Origin: Acanthaster planci
Taxonomy: Eukaryota
DNA length: 64,000 nucleotides
Direction: 5' to 3'
NCBI RefSeq assembly: GCF_001949145.1
Contig: NW_019091358.1
Location: forward strand, 682,961-746,960
The translations under genes and the position numbers were made by a program. The stretch's first letter is position 1. Every line of letters begins with the position of its first letter. The notes under the pieces are model-generated. The model saw only the letters and a program-made list of their open reading frames with translations. It had not been told where the DNA came from and ran no database searches. Below are positions 61,521 through 64,000 of the stretch, piece after piece.

Positions 61521-62789
61521 TTACAAGCAGCGAGCATGTATCCGGTCAACCGCCTGTATCTCCCTCGCTAACATGTTTTAAAGGCCAAATGCTAATTGAT
61601 CCGGCTACGGCTGAAGGCACAGGTTTTGTTTTCCCATTCACGGGGAGGCCATAATTTTCCTGGAAATTTTCCTGGAATCTATCGTATTCAGTGCAACCTG
61701 CTAAATAAGGTGGTGCAATCTATAGTGGTTTCCAAACCTCACTTTCTGTTTTTGTAAATGTTGCCAAAAACAGTTAGATATTATTCATTACAAATTTAAA
61801 TTATTCTAATCCGAAACTGGCACGAGGTTGTAATGAACTTTTGTTTCGTTACGGTTATTTTTACGCGCATGTTCCCAAAATAAAAAAGCATACCTCGCTT
61901 ACAATTCAAAATGGCCGACACATGACTACAGTCTATTAGCCAGTTTGGTATTTCAAAAAATGCGAGGTCATGCGAGAGCAAAGTACCTGATTTCATGCGA
62001 GTTCGAACATGTTCTTTGGGTAAATGAGTCGGCGTTCGGCCGCGCTTGGGCCAACCTCGATTGATGTTCTCGGATGACCTTTGGAAGCGTTTCTTGCGCT
62101 GTCTGGACCCCACCTTCCATCATATTGGTGCATTTATCGTTTACTTTCGAATGTTGAAAGAGTAAGAAGGCCTGGGAAGTCAAGTATAAATCTTGACACT
62201 TTCTGTCAGCAAATCGAATTTCCTGCGTTTGGTCCTTGCTCCATGGTTTGTTCTACTGAAATGTCAACGCAATCATGTGACGTTCACGATCAACTCACTG
62301 GACTACCGTTTGTCAGCAGAGAGAGTAGGCCTACATTTTCGCAACCGTAGCAACCTCGTGCCTCTACCGTAACGCCTGAGGACGCAAACAATTGAGTCGG
62401 AGTCAACCATGAGTCTGAATTAATTCTTTCAATCCGAACATATTTGAAAGCGCTAGAGGGATTTGAATATCACGTTGATACATTAGGACATGTAGTGACG
62501 ATTCTGACACAGTTTGCCGATTCATCACGCGGAAGCTTATGTCAGGGTCGTCTTGTCACATTACAAGAGTGCAACCAGATCAGTGAGGGCATGATCTCTC
62601 TGCAGGGGGTTCGAAGATCAATCATGGTTCGTGACGATCCCAGTGGATGTGTTTCAGTTTATCTCGTACAAAAGCAATGTTTACATGGAACTAGGCCTAA
62701 TTGCCCCAAAGCACCTTTTAAGAATACAGTACTAGCATTTTGAACGTCACTAAAGTGAAAGATTATGAATCATCACCAGGTAATAATAG

Positions 62790-62965
62790 GCCTAAGCGTT
62801 TCCTTATGATAGATTTTCGAATGGGCTTGTTCGAAATAATTGTAAGGTTATTCGTACATGCTTGGTTGATTCCCCGTTTGCTTGTTTGTCCCGTCCACTT
62901 GTCATTTTGCCTTTGAGAAAGATTCTGCTAGGATCGAAACGTCAGGCCCTCCATATTTTGCGATT
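62790..62965 (+). mobile_element. Penelope-like pseudo-LTR remnant
   Basis: TTGAGAAAG-ATTCTGCTAGGATC-GAAACGTCAGG motif typical of PLE terminal repeats. Confidence 0.55.
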
Positions 62966-64000
62966 CTGAGATATCAAGAAAATCTTAACGCAAATAAAAG
63001 ATTTAAATAAGGCAATTGCATATAAGTTAACCCAGACAGGTCTACTTCAGTTGTCTTGTATAAATTATTTCTTTTGAGGTCTGAAAGTAATGTTTGCTAT
63101 TGGAACTGAAATTGAGAGAGACTATGTTAAATGAGATTACAAGTTCTGCGTTTTGGTGTTTATTTCTAACTTGCCCGTGTAGCTTTTCAGAGGGCTGCGC
63201 TCACACCAGAAGGGACGTATTTTACACTCGCTATGGATTTTGTTGTTTCATTGATGTTATTTCGGCATAATGCCTTCTCTTTCTCTCGTGTACGTATTAG
63301 TTTTTTCTGTTTATCCTTTCATGAGCAAGATTACTCAGAGTTACTTTCATCAAAAGTAACTGAAAAACAAATTAATCTATAAAATTCAAAATAAACTTTA
63401 TAGATTTATTTGTTTTTCAGTTTGTGTATACGTGATAAATATATTATAATTATATTAATGTTTCCAAGCTTGGAGTGGAGATTTGTACAGTGTAACTAAA
63501 ATTAATTTACGCATTGACTGTATATAGTCTCTATGTTGGTCTTGTTAACATATTTGCTAATTTTATAATTATAAATGCGTTTCCGGGACCGGAACGGCTC
63601 GTATGTGGCCGTTCTGGTGCGACTTTAAAAGCTTTTTTTTTTTAAATTTCAATTGCACCTGGTAGATCGTTCCTAATTAAATACACACATGCTTTATCAC
63701 AACCAGGCAGGCATGACAATAAATTATTTTTGCAAATAAATTTCAAGTCATCAGTCAGTTGGTCCAGTTATCATAAGTCATTTGGTCCAAGTCAAAAGTC
63801 TCTGCCCTAGGGCAAGTCAAGTCGCATTATTTCGTCCAATTAGACAACAGGGCAAGGTATTAACTTCAGAGTTGCGAGTTTTGGACTATTTAACTTTACA
63901 CGATTATTACGTATTGTTCCTTTTGCCTACACCTGTCCGAGAAAACTCCTGAAAGCTGTGCACGATTGGGAAAAGGTTGATTCGATGTTTGAGAATATAG

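Noticed and set aside
1..64000. Most entries in the six-frame ORF track (60-160 aa)
   Set aside because: They are chance ORFs in introns and repeats, many with non-ATG starts. Only those overlapping the exons and TE fragments listed above have motif or splice support.

Overview
This is eukaryotic animal genomic DNA, with GT-AG introns and SINE, LINE and MITE remnants; it looks like a marine invertebrate deuterostome (inference). Positions 7889-42154 (+) carry a spliced polypeptide N-acetylgalactosaminyltransferase gene of the GALNT14/16 type. I can assemble 14 phase-compatible exon positions totalling 1512 nt (503 aa plus stop). The first, transmembrane exon was not found and probably lies upstream of the window. 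The main discovery is a pair of duplicated 88-nt, probably mutually exclusive exons in the catalytic domain (25579-25666 and 26965-27052). The second copy has unusual splicing-control architecture: a 457-nt AG-free zone, a candidate distant branch point, nine ACTCA motifs and a 13-bp hairpin that encloses its 3' splice site. A second gene, an unrecognised small single-pass membrane protein, starts at 52776 (+). The window is also peppered with TACATGTA 8-mers; internal comparisons of duplicated sequences show +6-nt insertions at TA, matching Tc1/mariner-type excision footprints. All coordinates and counts were read by eye and no database searches were run.
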